Below are positions 19,349-28,981 of a DNA stretch of 64,000 bases, piece after piece. The first letter of the stretch is position 1, and every line of letters starts with the position of its first letter. The notes below the pieces were generated by a model. That model had not been told where the DNA came from and made no database searches. It was given only the letters and a program-made list of their open reading frames with translations. The position numbers were made by a program, and so were the translations under genes. The DNA comes from an uncultured Eubacteriales bacterium. Its GTDB lineage: Bacteria; Bacillota; Clostridia; HGM11514. The stretch is taken from contig CABUMF010000006.1 of assembly GCA_902492655.1 (NCBI GenBank), positions 314-64,313 on the forward strand. The letters are read 5' to 3'.

Positions 19349-20227
19349 TTATATGCACAGGAGCAATATGCTTACTATACCGATAATTACTCCTATTAAC
19401 TGCTTGATTGTAAGCTTTTCTTTAAAAAACAACCTGCCTACCATAACAGAAAGTATCGAAGTTGCGCAGTTATAGGTTGAATAAAGCATTGTTCCGTGTA
19501 TAACGGAGTTGGAATATGTGTATATGCACTGAAAAATCCCCAATATTATTCCGGCGCAAGCACCTGAAATATACATTTTTCCGGTGAGTTTTGACCTGTA
19601 GTGGTTTTTTGAAAGCCTCATCGACAATAAAATAACTGCCGAAATAATGCTTGCGCTGATATATGCTATTGCAACGAATTCAAAAATCTCAAGCTTCGGT
19701 GAGGTTATTGAGTAAACTTTTTGATTTACAGAGCAAAAACCGTTGCTCAAAAAAACAATAACCATTAATACAGCCCACAAGATGTTGTCAGATTTTTTAC
19801 CGCCTGTACTGTTATTGACTTTTGCACTTATCATTACAAGAGATACAAGAGTTAGCGCAATACCGGCTGTTTTTGACAGGCCGAGAGGATCGCCGAACAC
19901 CAGATATGAAAACGCTATGGGGATAAGCATACTGAAATTATTTATAATTACGGTCAGCGTCATTTTACCCTTTGAAAATGCACAAACATAAAAGAATTGA
20001 AAAATAACGCTTAAAACACCCATAATTATACCTTGTAAAAGCGTTTGCCTATGAATGGATCCGCTTAATAAAAACGGTGAGAATACCAACGCCGCCATTG
20101 AGAACATCAGCATATTATAATAAATGCTGTCAAACAGAGTTTTGTCTGATTTCTTTGAAAAATCTGATTGCAGAGTGATTTTTGCAACTGCCAATATACA
20201 CATTAACGGTATTAATAAATACTTCAA
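19349..20227 (-). CDS. DMT-superfamily (EamA/GRP-like) 10-TM permease
   Basis: 292 aa with an internally duplicated 5+5 TM layout. TTG start 1 nt after the stop of the upstream gene. Confidence 0.5.
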   Translation of the reverse strand: MKYLLIPLMCILAVAKITLQSDFSKKSDKTLFDSIYYNMLMFSMAALVFSPFLLSGSIHRQTLLQGIIMGVLSVIFQFFYVCAFSKGKMTLTVIINNFSMLIPIAFSYLVFGDPLGLSKTAGIALTLVSLVMISAKVNNSTGGKKSDNILWAVLMVIVFLSNGFCSVNQKVYSITSPKLEIFEFVAIAYISASIISAVILLSMRLSKNHYRSKLTGKMYISGACAGIILGIFQCIYTYSNSVIHGTMLYSTYNCATSILSVMVGRLFFKEKLTIKQLIGVIIGIVSILLLCI

Positions 20228-20228
20228 G

Positions 20229-21905
20229 CTAAATTTCCTCCATTATAAAATCCTTTGGTAAAACGGTTATGCCGTCTGTCACACGAGGCTCATTTGAAAA
20301 ATTAGCCGTTATTCTGTATTTATTTCCGAAAACAGTGCGTTGAAGCATATAATCATCACTTAAAATCTTAAAATCAGTCATAGGCAGAAGTGCGGTTTTT
20401 TCATGAACAGCAGTAATCGTTTTATAGCTTTTAAGTATAGCCTGTTTCAGCTTATTGTAATTTCCTTCTTTAAATGAGTAAAGCGGAGGACAACCGTAAA
20501 GACAGGCAAACAGCGTTTTATCCTTTATAATGTCCAATGACATTGCTGTAGAATCTCCCCAATAAGGGAATGTTAACAGACAATCATGGTATGTCAGCTG
20601 CCACAACGGAATACGGCGCTTGGGATTAAGCATATTCTTTTTTATGTGTTCACATTGTTCATCCGTGTAAACATTGGCATGATTTCTGCCGGAATCGTTA
20701 TTTCTGTAATATACCGGACTGTGAAATCCTTCGGAGTAAGCAACATGGTCAATGATTTTATCAAAGCCTTCTTCCGTTCCGACAATGAGTCCCATATTCT
20801 CCAGTGCTTCAAAAGCTTCGTTTTTGACGGTGATTGATTCCTCTTTGGTCAGAGGATGCTCTTTGCTGAAACATTCATTGACAGACCCTCCGAATACATC
20901 TATAAAACGGCCCCTGTAGTAAGGATATTTTTTAAGTATTTGCGGGATTTCCTCTTGCATACGCAACTTTGCGCAAGCAGGACACATGGTATTTTGATTG
21001 TGCATTTTTCCGTCAAACCCCTTCAATGCCCATGCCGGTGCGAGTTCTCCTTCCTTGTTAATAATAACACCTTCGGGGTAATCCTTCATTCTTCTTGCGG
21101 TGTAGTCGCAGTTTTTTACTCTGTTGTTCGGGACTATGTCAAGAAGCTCGGGATTTAAAATATCGTTGTAATTATCATATTGAGTAGACAAGAACCCGTA
21201 ATTTTTATAAAGGGGCTCTGAAAGGCATGAATCTGCTTCAAAAAAGAGCCCGAACAGTGCTTTTGAAACACCGTTTTTATGCAAATCTCCGGCTATTTCC
21301 AAAAGCTTTTCTCCGGATGCCGGTGAAGCCGAAACATCATGTTCGCTGTACATAACATCATTGTAATTATCGTTCCAAATCCAAAAAATCGCACCGCCGA
21401 CAAGGGTTTCGATATTTTTGATTTTATTGATTTTATCCGATAGAGTTCGGCAGCCGGGATTGTAATTTTCACGATACCATTTGCACGCCTCCGGCAATGT
21501 ATTAAATATTTTGTAGCTCACCGTGGACTTTTTATTGCACGAGATAAAAAGATTATATATCCCGTCAACCTTTTTTACGACATATTCCGAGTTAACCGGA
21601 TCATTCGGGCAAATCGCAAGAAAGCTTTTGTTTCGTTCAAGAAGTATCATTGACAATGAGGCGTTATGACCGCTGCAAAAATTCCAACCTATTTTTTCAC
21701 AGGAAAACTCTCCGGATTCGTAATACTCCTCAACATTTATCGCTATTCCTTCTCCTACGGGGAGAATAAGCCTGTCACCGCGTAAAATTACGGGAGTCGG
21801 AACGGCATTTTCGACCTCGACAGTAAAAACTCCGTCATTTTCCGAAATGGATTTTTCTGTTATAAATTCAAATTCAACATTTTCATTTTTAATTGTAAAG
21901 CTCAT
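20229..21905 (-). CDS. uncharacterised putative glycoside hydrolase-like protein
   Basis: 558 aa from MSFTIKNEN (AGAGGAGG RBS; the track extension to 22007 has none). Segments RFIDVFGG, GTEEGF and PLWQLTYHDC resemble TIM-barrel GH motifs. Family is not assignable by eye. Confidence 0.45.
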   Translation of the reverse strand: MSFTIKNENVEFEFITEKSISENDGVFTVEVENAVPTPVILRGDRLILPVGEGIAINVEEYYESGEFSCEKIGWNFCSGHNASLSMILLERNKSFLAICPNDPVNSEYVVKKVDGIYNLFISCNKKSTVSYKIFNTLPEACKWYRENYNPGCRTLSDKINKIKNIETLVGGAIFWIWNDNYNDVMYSEHDVSASPASGEKLLEIAGDLHKNGVSKALFGLFFEADSCLSEPLYKNYGFLSTQYDNYNDILNPELLDIVPNNRVKNCDYTARRMKDYPEGVIINKEGELAPAWALKGFDGKMHNQNTMCPACAKLRMQEEIPQILKKYPYYRGRFIDVFGGSVNECFSKEHPLTKEESITVKNEAFEALENMGLIVGTEEGFDKIIDHVAYSEGFHSPVYYRNNDSGRNHANVYTDEQCEHIKKNMLNPKRRIPLWQLTYHDCLLTFPYWGDSTAMSLDIIKDKTLFACLYGCPPLYSFKEGNYNKLKQAILKSYKTITAVHEKTALLPMTDFKILSDDYMLQRTVFGNKYRITANFSNEPRVTDGITVLPKDFIMEEI

Positions 21906-22019
21906 GCTTACACCTCCTCTGACCATTATAAAACAAATGAATAATATTTGCAATGGACTTTTTAGAAAATAATATGGACAAATTTGACATATTGTGTTAT
22001 AATACATATGGGTGATAAT

Positions 22020-22823
22020 ATGGCTGACAATACATTATTTGAAAAACATACGGAGCCGCTTTCTGATTCCTTGGGAATGTTCTATTGCGGAAAAAGAATT
22101 AAAACCAAAAATCATGTTTACGGGCCTGAAATTCGTTCTCATTATCTTATAGTTTTTGTCAATGAAGGCAATGCCGTACTTAAATCAACAGGTAAAGATA
22201 TTCCGATAAGGAAAGACAATATCCTCGTTATGTTTCCCGGGGAAAGGGTTTATTACCGTGCGCTTTCGGATTGGAGCATACAGTGGATTGGAGTTGACGG
22301 AAGGGCAGACAAGGTGTTTCATAAAATCGGAGTGACAAAGAAAAATCCGGTGTTTAGCCCGAATAACCCAAAAGAAATATCGAGAATACTTTCGGAAATA
22401 TACGAAACTCAATGTGAGGGCTCGATGTTCGCTAAATATAAAGTACAGTCATTGCTGTATGATTTTTTTGCAGAGCTTGTTATTTGCGAAAACACAAAAA
22501 GAATATATGATCCTATTTCTCGTGCAATACGCACAATCGAATACAATTACAACAATAAAATAACGGTGCAGGGGCTTGCGGAGTCATTTTATTTGGATGA
22601 AGCCTATTTTTCAAGACTTTTTAAAGAAAAAACGGGTATGTCGCCAAAACAGTATCTTTTGAATGTGCGTATTAATCGGGCTAAGGAGTTGCTTTCCGCC
22701 ACTGATTATCCCATAAGAGAAATTTCTGCGGCTACGGGTTTTTCAGATCCTCTCTATTTTTCAAAGCTTTTTTTCAAAAGGGAGGGCATTTCTCCGTCAA
22801 ATTACAGAAAAGGAATATGGTGA
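22020..22823 (+). CDS. AraC-family transcriptional regulator
   Basis: Cupin-like N-terminal domain plus HTH (ISAATGFSDPLYFSKLFFKREGISP). Divergent from the GH-like gene. Confidence 0.75.
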   Translation: MADNTLFEKHTEPLSDSLGMFYCGKRIKTKNHVYGPEIRSHYLIVFVNEGNAVLKSTGKDIPIRKDNILVMFPGERVYYRALSDWSIQWIGVDGRADKVFHKIGVTKKNPVFSPNNPKEISRILSEIYETQCEGSMFAKYKVQSLLYDFFAELVICENTKRIYDPISRAIRTIEYNYNNKITVQGLAESFYLDEAYFSRLFKEKTGMSPKQYLLNVRINRAKELLSATDYPIREISAATGFSDPLYFSKLFFKREGISPSNYRKGIW

Positions 22824-22963
22824 TTATGACTAAAGAAGGCACAGCACTGTCTTGACAGCAGTCTGAAGTTAGTATTTTTTGCTGCTTTAATTTTTTGGAT
22901 TTTCAAAAATGTTTCAAAAATATTATTTTTTTGTTAGAATTACAATTTTTTTAAAAATAACCG

Positions 22964-22992
22964 TAGACAAAAACGAAATTTAAAGTTATAAT
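22964..22992 (+). promoter_or_regulatory. sigma-A type promoter for minD (TAGACA-17 nt-TATAAT)
   Basis: Read directly from the sequence. Confidence 0.45.
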
Positions 22993-23023
22993 ATAATCAG
23001 TATTATATAATTGGGGGCAGACT

Positions 23024-23818
23024 ATGGGCGAGGTTATTGTAATCACCTCCGGAAAAGGCGGAGTGGGTAAGACGACCGCTGCGGCAAATATCGGTGCAAC
23101 ACTTGCAAAAAACGGAAGAAAAACAGTAATCATTGATATGGATCTCGGTCTGCGTAAGCTTGATATTGCAATCGGAATTGCGGACAAGGTTGTTTATAAT
23201 GTGGTTGATGTCATAAAAAATCGGTGTTCACTGCCTGATGCACTGATTAAGGATTCTCGTTTTGGTGAGTTGTATATTCTTCCTGCTTCTCAAAGTGAAA
23301 ACAAGCTTGCTGTTTCTCCCGATGAAATGAAAGCTTTATGCAGGGAACTTTCATCTTTGTTCGATTATGTTATTATAGACTCACCCGCAGGCGTTGAGAG
23401 AGGATTTGAAAACTCGGTTGTCGGTGCCGATTCGGCTATTATAGTTGTTGTACCCGAGCCGGCTTCACTTCGTGACGCGGACAGGATTGCCGATATTCTT
23501 AATGATGAATATGACATTCGTAAGATTAAGGTTCTCATCAACAGATACAGACCACTTCTTGCCGAAAGGGGAGTTACCCCTAAAATTGATGCCATTATTT
23601 CCATTCTCAGAGTCGGCATAATCGGTGTTGTTGCCGAGGATGACTCGGTAATAACCGCTGCTGCAAATAGCAGACCTGTTATTTCAGAACCGCAGTCCAT
23701 CGCCGCCAGATGCTTTATGAACACCGCAAGGCGAATTGCGGGAGCTGACATACCCCTTGAAAAATTTCAAAATGATGGGTTGCTTAAAAGAATAATCAAG
23801 GCAATCCATAAACAATAA
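23024..23818 (+). CDS. minD: septum site-determining ATPase MinD
   Basis: Deviant Walker A SGKGGVGKT, ILPASQ, and a C-terminal amphipathic membrane-targeting helix GLLKRIIKAIHK. Confidence 0.85.
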   Translation: MGEVIVITSGKGGVGKTTAAANIGATLAKNGRKTVIIDMDLGLRKLDIAIGIADKVVYNVVDVIKNRCSLPDALIKDSRFGELYILPASQSENKLAVSPDEMKALCRELSSLFDYVIIDSPAGVERGFENSVVGADSAIIVVVPEPASLRDADRIADILNDEYDIRKIKVLINRYRPLLAERGVTPKIDAIISILRVGIIGVVAEDDSVITAAANSRPVISEPQSIAARCFMNTARRIAGADIPLEKFQNDGLLKRIIKAIHKQ

Positions 23819-23836
23819 AGTTAGGAGTTTTGCGTT

Positions 23837-24238
23837 ATGAATATTGCTTTAATAGCTCACGAATCCAAAAAAGAACTTATGGTTCAGCTATGTATCGCAT
23901 ACAAGGGAATTTTGAAGAATCATACTCTGTTTGCCACAGCCGGAACAGGCCGTCTTGTTTCCGAAGCTACCGGGATACCTGTTAATGCATTTCTCTCCGG
24001 GCCTCTCGGAGGCTATCAGCAGATAGCTGCACGAATTGCGTATAACGAAATTGATTTTTTGATTTTTCTGCGCGATCCGTTAAATTCCGAAACAGTTGAG
24101 AATGATATTGACGAGCTGATAAAGCTTTGCGATATACATACAATTCCCGTTGCTACAAATCTCGCAACTGCAGAAATTTTGATTATGGGACTTGAACGCG
24201 GCGACTTCGGCTGGCGTGATATTGTCCGCACAAATTAG
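23837..24238 (+). CDS. methylglyoxal synthase-like protein (catalytic residues substituted; probably not an active MGS)
   Basis: Gapless alignment (from memory) with B. subtilis and E. coli MgsA. GGDQQ is replaced by GGYQQ (Tyr60, codon 24014-24016) and PHEPD by TVEND. Confidence 0.75.
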   Translation: MNIALIAHESKKELMVQLCIAYKGILKNHTLFATAGTGRLVSEATGIPVNAFLSGPLGGYQQIAARIAYNEIDFLIFLRDPLNSETVENDIDELIKLCDIHTIPVATNLATAEILIMGLERGDFGWRDIVRTN

Positions 24239-24252
24239 TTAAGGGCGAGAAT

Positions 24253-25482
24253 ATGGAATACAGTGAAGCGATAGATTATATTCATTCAATATTAAAATTC
24301 GGCTCTAAACTCGGGCTTACTAATATAACCGAGCTTATGAGGCGACTGGGAAATCCACAGAATAAATTCAAGGCTATTCATGTCGCCGGAACGAACGGCA
24401 AGGGCTCAACATCCGTGATGTTATCCGAAATACTCAGGCGTCAAGGCTACAAAACAGGTCTTTTTACTTCGCCTTATATCGAGGATTTTTGCGAACGAAT
24501 TCAGATTAACGGCGAAAAAATTTCTCACGCTGAGCTTGCGCACCTGACTGAGATTGTCAAATCCAATTGTGAGGAAATGGTAAGGGACGGATTTAATCAT
24601 CCCACGGAATTTGAGGTTGTAACTGCGATAGGCTTTTTGTATTTTGCCGATTGCGATTATGCTGTTATCGAGGTCGGTCTGGGCGGCAGGCTTGACGCTA
24701 CAAATGTCTTGACAAATCCCGTTCTGTCTGTCATCACTCTTATTGACTATGACCATATGGAGTATCTCGGCGATACTCTTACAGAAATTGCTTATGAAAA
24801 GTGTGGTATAATTAAGCCCGGCGTGCCTGTTGTTACATATCCCGAGCAGCCGCCAGAGGCTCTTGAAGTAATAAAAAACACTTGCAGGGAACGAGGTTGC
24901 CGATTAACCATTGCCGATAGTACCGAAAAGTATAAATCATACACATTAAAACCCTCTCTTTCGGGAAATCATCAGATTAAGAATATGCAGACTGTTATTT
25001 CCGCCGTATCCGTCCTTACGCAAAACGGGGCGGAGATATGCGATACTGCTGTTGTTTCCGGTATTGAGAAAACTCAATTCATTGGAAGGTTTGAGTTTAT
25101 AGATAAAAATATTGTAATCGACGGGGCTCATAACCCTTCCGGGGTTTCCGCTCTTTGCGATTGCCTCAGAGAACAGCAATTTGACAGAATTATCCTTGTC
25201 TGCGGTATGCTTGCAGACAAAAACTACAAGGAATGTGCCGAGATGCTTAAAAATGTTAGTGATGTTCTTATAGCAACTGAACCACCAAATCCGCGAAAGC
25301 TCGATGCAAAGGATTTTGCCGAGGTTCTCTCCACAGATTTATATTTCCAAAGCCCGTCCGAGGCAGTTAGTTTTGCAAAAGCAATGGCGAGGGAAGACGA
25401 TTTAATCTGTGTTTGCGGTTCTCTCTATTTAATCGGCAGTATTCGACGGGAGTTTCGTAACGATAATTTTTTTGTCGATTGA
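24253..25482 (+). CDS. folC: bifunctional folylpolyglutamate synthase / dihydrofolate synthase
   Basis: Mur-ligase P-loop HVAGTNGKGST; EVGLGGRLDATN; DGAHNP. Confidence 0.85.
   Translation: MEYSEAIDYIHSILKFGSKLGLTNITELMRRLGNPQNKFKAIHVAGTNGKGSTSVMLSEILRRQGYKTGLFTSPYIEDFCERIQINGEKISHAELAHLTEIVKSNCEEMVRDGFNHPTEFEVVTAIGFLYFADCDYAVIEVGLGGRLDATNVLTNPVLSVITLIDYDHMEYLGDTLTEIAYEKCGIIKPGVPVVTYPEQPPEALEVIKNTCRERGCRLTIADSTEKYKSYTLKPSLSGNHQIKNMQTVISAVSVLTQNGAEICDTAVVSGIEKTQFIGRFEFIDKNIVIDGAHNPSGVSALCDCLREQQFDRIILVCGMLADKNYKECAEMLKNVSDVLIATEPPNPRKLDAKDFAEVLSTDLYFQSPSEAVSFAKAMAREDDLICVCGSLYLIGSIRREFRNDNFFVD
25442..25479 (+). promoter_or_regulatory. two Spo0A-box-like heptamers (TTCGACG at 25442-25448, TGTCGAT at 25473-25479)
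   Basis: Each matches the TGTCGAA consensus or its complement at 6 of 7 positions. They lie in the 3' end of folC, just upstream of the spoIIA promoter. Confidence 0.35.
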
Positions 25483-25499
25483 ATTTTTTCGTATATTAA

Positions 25500-25524
25500 A
25501 GGAAATAATTGTTAATAATAGAAT
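25500..25524 (+). promoter_or_regulatory. sigma-H type promoter for spoIIA operon (AGGAAAT-13 nt-AGAAT)
   Basis: Matches the sigma-H consensus (AGGAWWT ... RGAAT). spoIIA is sigma-H/Spo0A dependent in Bacillus. Confidence 0.45.
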
Positions 25525-25559
25525 TACCTTCTTATGAACTGACATAAGGAGGTTTTTTT

Positions 25560-25904
25560 GTGCAATTAGAAATAGTCGGAAGAACTTTGGTTGCGCATAT
25601 AGACGGGGATCTTGACCACCACTGTGCAACAAACATACGCAGAGAACTTGACAAAATTCTGAAAAGAAGTGAAATCAAAAATCTTATTTTGGATTTTTCC
25701 GGGCTTGATTTTATGGACAGCTCAGGGATAGGAGTAATAATCGGTCGTTATAAGCTAATTAATCAAATCGGCGGAAAAACAGCTGTTGTTGTCACAAAAC
25801 CGAATGTAAACAGAATGCTGACTGCTTCGGGTTTGAAAAAAATAGTATCTTCATACAAAACCGTATCGGATGCATTAAAGGGGCTTAAGGAGGTTAAAGC
25901 ATGA
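25560..25904 (+). CDS. spoIIAA: anti-sigma-F factor antagonist SpoIIAA (STAS domain)
   Basis: GTG start 7 nt after AAGGAGG. LDFSGLDFMDSSGIGV contains the phosphorylatable Ser. Confidence 0.85.
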   Translation: MQLEIVGRTLVAHIDGDLDHHCATNIRRELDKILKRSEIKNLILDFSGLDFMDSSGIGVIIGRYKLINQIGGKTAVVVTKPNVNRMLTASGLKKIVSSYKTVSDALKGLKEVKA

Positions 25905-26314
25905 ATAAAGCAAGATGCGAGTTTATATCAAAATCAATCAACGAAGGCTTTGCAAGAAACGTTGCGGCAGCATTTTTATTGCAGTTTGACCCGACCGTCG
26001 ATTTTATGGCTGATGTTAAGACTGCTGTTTCCGAAGCCGTTACAAACGCAATAGTTCACGGCTACAAGGAAAAGCAGGGCGATGTTATATTGGAATTATC
26101 GGAAACGGACGGGATTTTTACGGTTGCTGTTGAGGATTACGGTTGCGGTATCGAAGATGTAGAAAAAGCAATGCAGCCCCTTTACACAACAAATGCCGAT
26201 GAAGAACGCTCGGGAATGGGATTTACCGTTATGCAGATGTTTATGGACACGGTTGATGTTATATCCGAAAGAAACAAGGGGACAAGAATTGTTATGACCA
26301 AAAAACTGAGGTGA
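25901..26314 (+). CDS. spoIIAB: anti-sigma-F factor SpoIIAB (Ser kinase)
   Basis: GHKL N-box EAVTNAIVHG and G-boxes DYGCGI, GMGFTVM. Overlaps spoIIAA by 4 nt. Confidence 0.85.
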   Translation: MNKARCEFISKSINEGFARNVAAAFLLQFDPTVDFMADVKTAVSEAVTNAIVHGYKEKQGDVILELSETDGIFTVAVEDYGCGIEDVEKAMQPLYTTNADEERSGMGFTVMQMFMDTVDVISERNKGTRIVMTKKLR

Positions 26315-26997
26315 GCCGAAATTTGTATAACGATATTCTCACGGCTCAAAGCGGTGATATGGCTGCAAAAGAAAAAATAGTTGCTGAAAACATGGGACTT
26401 GTCCATTCGGTTGCCCGTAGATTTTGCGGCAGGGGATACGATTTTGAGGATATTTGCCAGATAGGCTCTATTGGATTGCTGAAAGCTATAGAGCGTTTTG
26501 ATACTGAATCGGGGAACAAATTTTCTACATACGCAGTGCCGCTCATAATAGGAGAAATCAAGCGTTATTTAAGAGACGACGGCATTGTTAAGGTAAGCCG
26601 AAGTCTTAAGGAGCTTTCATTGAAGGTGTACAAGCTCAGGCAGACAGCGGAATTTGCCGATGCTTCCGTAAACCAAATTGCAAAGGCTCTTGATTGTGAT
26701 GCTACCGATGTTGCATATGCTCTGCAAAGCACAGATTCTGTCTCCTCCCTTGACGAGCTATCCGAAAGCGGAAAGGAAATATATGAGAAAAACAACAGCT
26801 TTGAAGAAGCTGACAACCGAATACTTATAGAAAGCTTACTTTCGGTTTTGTCAAACGAAGATAAAAAAATCGTTGTATTACGATTTTTCAGACAAAAAAC
26901 CCAAAGCGAAACAGCAAAAGCAATCGGTGTTTCACAGGTTCAAATTTCACGCAGAGAAAAGAAAATTATTGAAGCTCTGCGGGAAATTGCACAATAG
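26311..26997 (+). CDS. sigF: sporulation sigma factor SigF
   Basis: Sigma-70 regions 2-4 (FEDICQIGSIGLLKAIERFD, YAVPLIIGEIKRYLRD, SQSETAKAIGVSQVQISR). Third gene of the spoIIA operon. Confidence 0.85.
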   Translation: MSRNLYNDILTAQSGDMAAKEKIVAENMGLVHSVARRFCGRGYDFEDICQIGSIGLLKAIERFDTESGNKFSTYAVPLIIGEIKRYLRDDGIVKVSRSLKELSLKVYKLRQTAEFADASVNQIAKALDCDATDVAYALQSTDSVSSLDELSESGKEIYEKNNSFEEADNRILIESLLSVLSNEDKKIVVLRFFRQKTQSETAKAIGVSQVQISRREKKIIEALREIAQ

Positions 26998-27130
26998 ATG
27001 TAAATTTATCGGCATGTTACATTATGAAATAATACAATTTAACCAAAATTATTATAGGTACTTGATTTATTTTGGATTTTGGGGTAAAATATAATTTGAA
27101 TTTTATTTTAATGTGGGGAGATTATACAAA

Positions 27131-28465
27131 ATGGATAAGTTAAAATTTGATTATTCAAATGCTCTTTCTTTTATAGGAAAATATGAAATTGATTATTTGT
27201 CGGACGCTGTTGCCCTGGCAAATAAAAAAATAAAGGATAAAAGCGGTCAGGGAAGCGATTTCCTCGGTTGGGTTAACCTTCCGTATGATTATGATAAAGA
27301 AGAATTTCAAAGAATCAAGCTTGCGGCAAAACGAATTTGCGATACAAGTGAGGTTCTTATTGTTATAGGTATAGGAGGTTCGTATTTGGGAGCAAGAGCC
27401 GCTGTTGACTTTTTGGGCTCACCGTTTTATAATGCCAAATCAAAAAATACTCCCGATATTTATTTTGCCGGAAACTCTATAAGCGGTCCCTATCTTAAGC
27501 AGCTTATAGATATTGTTGGGGACAGAGATTTCTCTGTTAACGTAATTTCAAAATCGGGCACAACCACAGAGCCAGCTCTTGCTTTCCGTGTTTTCAGAAA
27601 AATGCTGATTGAAAAGTACGGCAAGGAAGAAGCTGCAAAAAGAATATATGCCACAACCGACAAGGCAAGAGGAGTTCTCAAAAAGCTTGCCGATGAAGAA
27701 GGCTATGAAACTTTTGTTGTTCCCGATGATGTTGGAGGCAGATTTTCCGTTCTGACAGCAGTAGGTCTTCTTCCCATTGCCTGCAGCGGTGCGGATATTG
27801 ATGAGATTATGAAGGGCGCACAGGATGCGTGCACAGACTATGCTTCCGATAGCAATGACTGCCACACATATGCCGCAATCAGAAATGCTCTTTACAGAAA
27901 AGGCAAGTCAACCGAAATTCTTGTTAACTATGAGCCTCTTTTCCATTATGTGGGAGAATGGTGGAAGCAGCTGTTCGGCGAAAGCGAAGGAAAGTCGGGC
28001 AAGGGTATTTTTCCGGCGGCTGTTGATTTTTCAACCGACCTTCATTCAATGGGGCAGTATATTCAGGACGGTATGAGAAATATTTTTGAAACCGTTGTTT
28101 CGATCGAAGAACCTTCATGTGATGTAGTGATAGAAAAAGAGGAGGATGACGGAGACGGTCTTAACTTTCTTGCCGGAAAAACTCTCGATTATGTTAATAA
28201 AAAGGCATTTTTGGGAACGCTTCTTGCTCATACCGACGGAAATGTGCCGAATCTCGTCATTACCATACCGAAGGCTGACGAATATAATCTCGGTTATCTT
28301 TTCTATTTCTTTGAGAAGGCGTGCGCAGTAAGCGGATATATTTTAGGTGTAAATCCCTTTGATCAGCCCGGTGTTGAAGCTTACAAAAAGAATATGTTTG
28401 CTCTTCTCGGTAAGCCCGGATATGAAGACAGAAAAGATGAACTTGAAAAAAGATTGAACAAATAA
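27131..28465 (+). CDS. pgi: glucose-6-phosphate isomerase
   Basis: Firmicute-type 445-aa PGI ([27 protein letters not shown]). ATG at 27131 lies 10 nt after GGGGAG. Confidence 0.9.
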   Translation: MDKLKFDYSNALSFIGKYEIDYLSDAVALANKKIKDKSGQGSDFLGWVNLPYDYDKEEFQRIKLAAKRICDTSEVLIVIGIGGSYLGARAAVDFLGSPFYNAKSKNTPDIYFAGNSISGPYLKQLIDIVGDRDFSVNVISKSGTTTEPALAFRVFRKMLIEKYGKEEAAKRIYATTDKARGVLKKLADEEGYETFVVPDDVGGRFSVLTAVGLLPIACSGADIDEIMKGAQDACTDYASDSNDCHTYAAIRNALYRKGKSTEILVNYEPLFHYVGEWWKQLFGESEGKSGKGIFPAAVDFSTDLHSMGQYIQDGMRNIFETVVSIEEPSCDVVIEKEEDDGDGLNFLAGKTLDYVNKKAFLGTLLAHTDGNVPNLVITIPKADEYNLGYLFYFFEKACAVSGYILGVNPFDQPGVEAYKKNMFALLGKPGYEDRKDELEKRLNK

Positions 28466-28476
28466 ACAAAAAACAC

Positions 28477-28505
28477 TTGATTTTTTTCCCAATCTATAGT
28501 ACAAT
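28477..28505 (+). promoter_or_regulatory. sigma-A type promoter (TTGATT-17 nt-TACAAT) for the mini P-loop gene
   Basis: Read directly from the sequence. Confidence 0.4.
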
Positions 28506-28545
28506 ATATCTATAAACACAATTTCTAATTGGGAGGTAACTTGAT

Positions 28546-28962
28546 ATGATTAAAATACTTATGGGCGAAAAAGGAACTGGTAAAACCAAGGTGCTTACCG
28601 ATATGGTTAACAAAGCCGCTTCCGTCGCTGACGGCATGGTTGTTTGCATTAACAAAGGCAACAGACTTATGCATGATGTTGATATTGGTGTCCGTCTTGT
28701 TGATACAGAAGAATTCAACATCACAAATCCCGATGTTTTTCTTGGATTTATTGAAGGTATTATTTCTCAGAATTTTGATATAACTCAAATTTATATTGAC
28801 GGTATTCTTAAAATTACCGGCGGTGATGCCGACGGGCTTATAGGTTTCTTGAACGGTCTTGAGGCTGTTTCAACTAAATTCTCAATCGAATTTGTTCTTT
28901 CCGTAAGTGCTAATCCTGCCAATGTTTGCGATGCCGTTAAGAAGTATTGCATTGAGTTCTGA
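28546..28962 (+). CDS. small (138 aa) P-loop NTPase-like protein of unknown function
   Basis: Walker A GEKGTGKT at residues 7-14. Candidate Walker B QIYIDG near residue 83. GGGAGG RBS. Has its own promoter and terminator. Confidence 0.5.
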   Translation: MIKILMGEKGTGKTKVLTDMVNKAASVADGMVVCINKGNRLMHDVDIGVRLVDTEEFNITNPDVFLGFIEGIISQNFDITQIYIDGILKITGGDADGLIGFLNGLEAVSTKFSIEFVLSVSANPANVCDAVKKYCIEF

Positions 28963-28981
28963 GTGAATTAAAATTTTTATG

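Noticed and set aside
18756-22007. N-terminal extensions in the ORF track for ppk1 (27 codons, 18756-18836) and the GH-like gene (34 codons, 21906-22007). The same pattern appears for pgi, rluB, mmdA, the OadG fusion, thyX, mscL and the tagA-like gene.
   Set aside because: In each case an internal ATG or TTG is preceded by a strong Shine-Dalgarno at 6-10 nt. The extension either overlaps the neighbouring gene or runs into promoter-like AT-rich sequence. The shorter starts were used.
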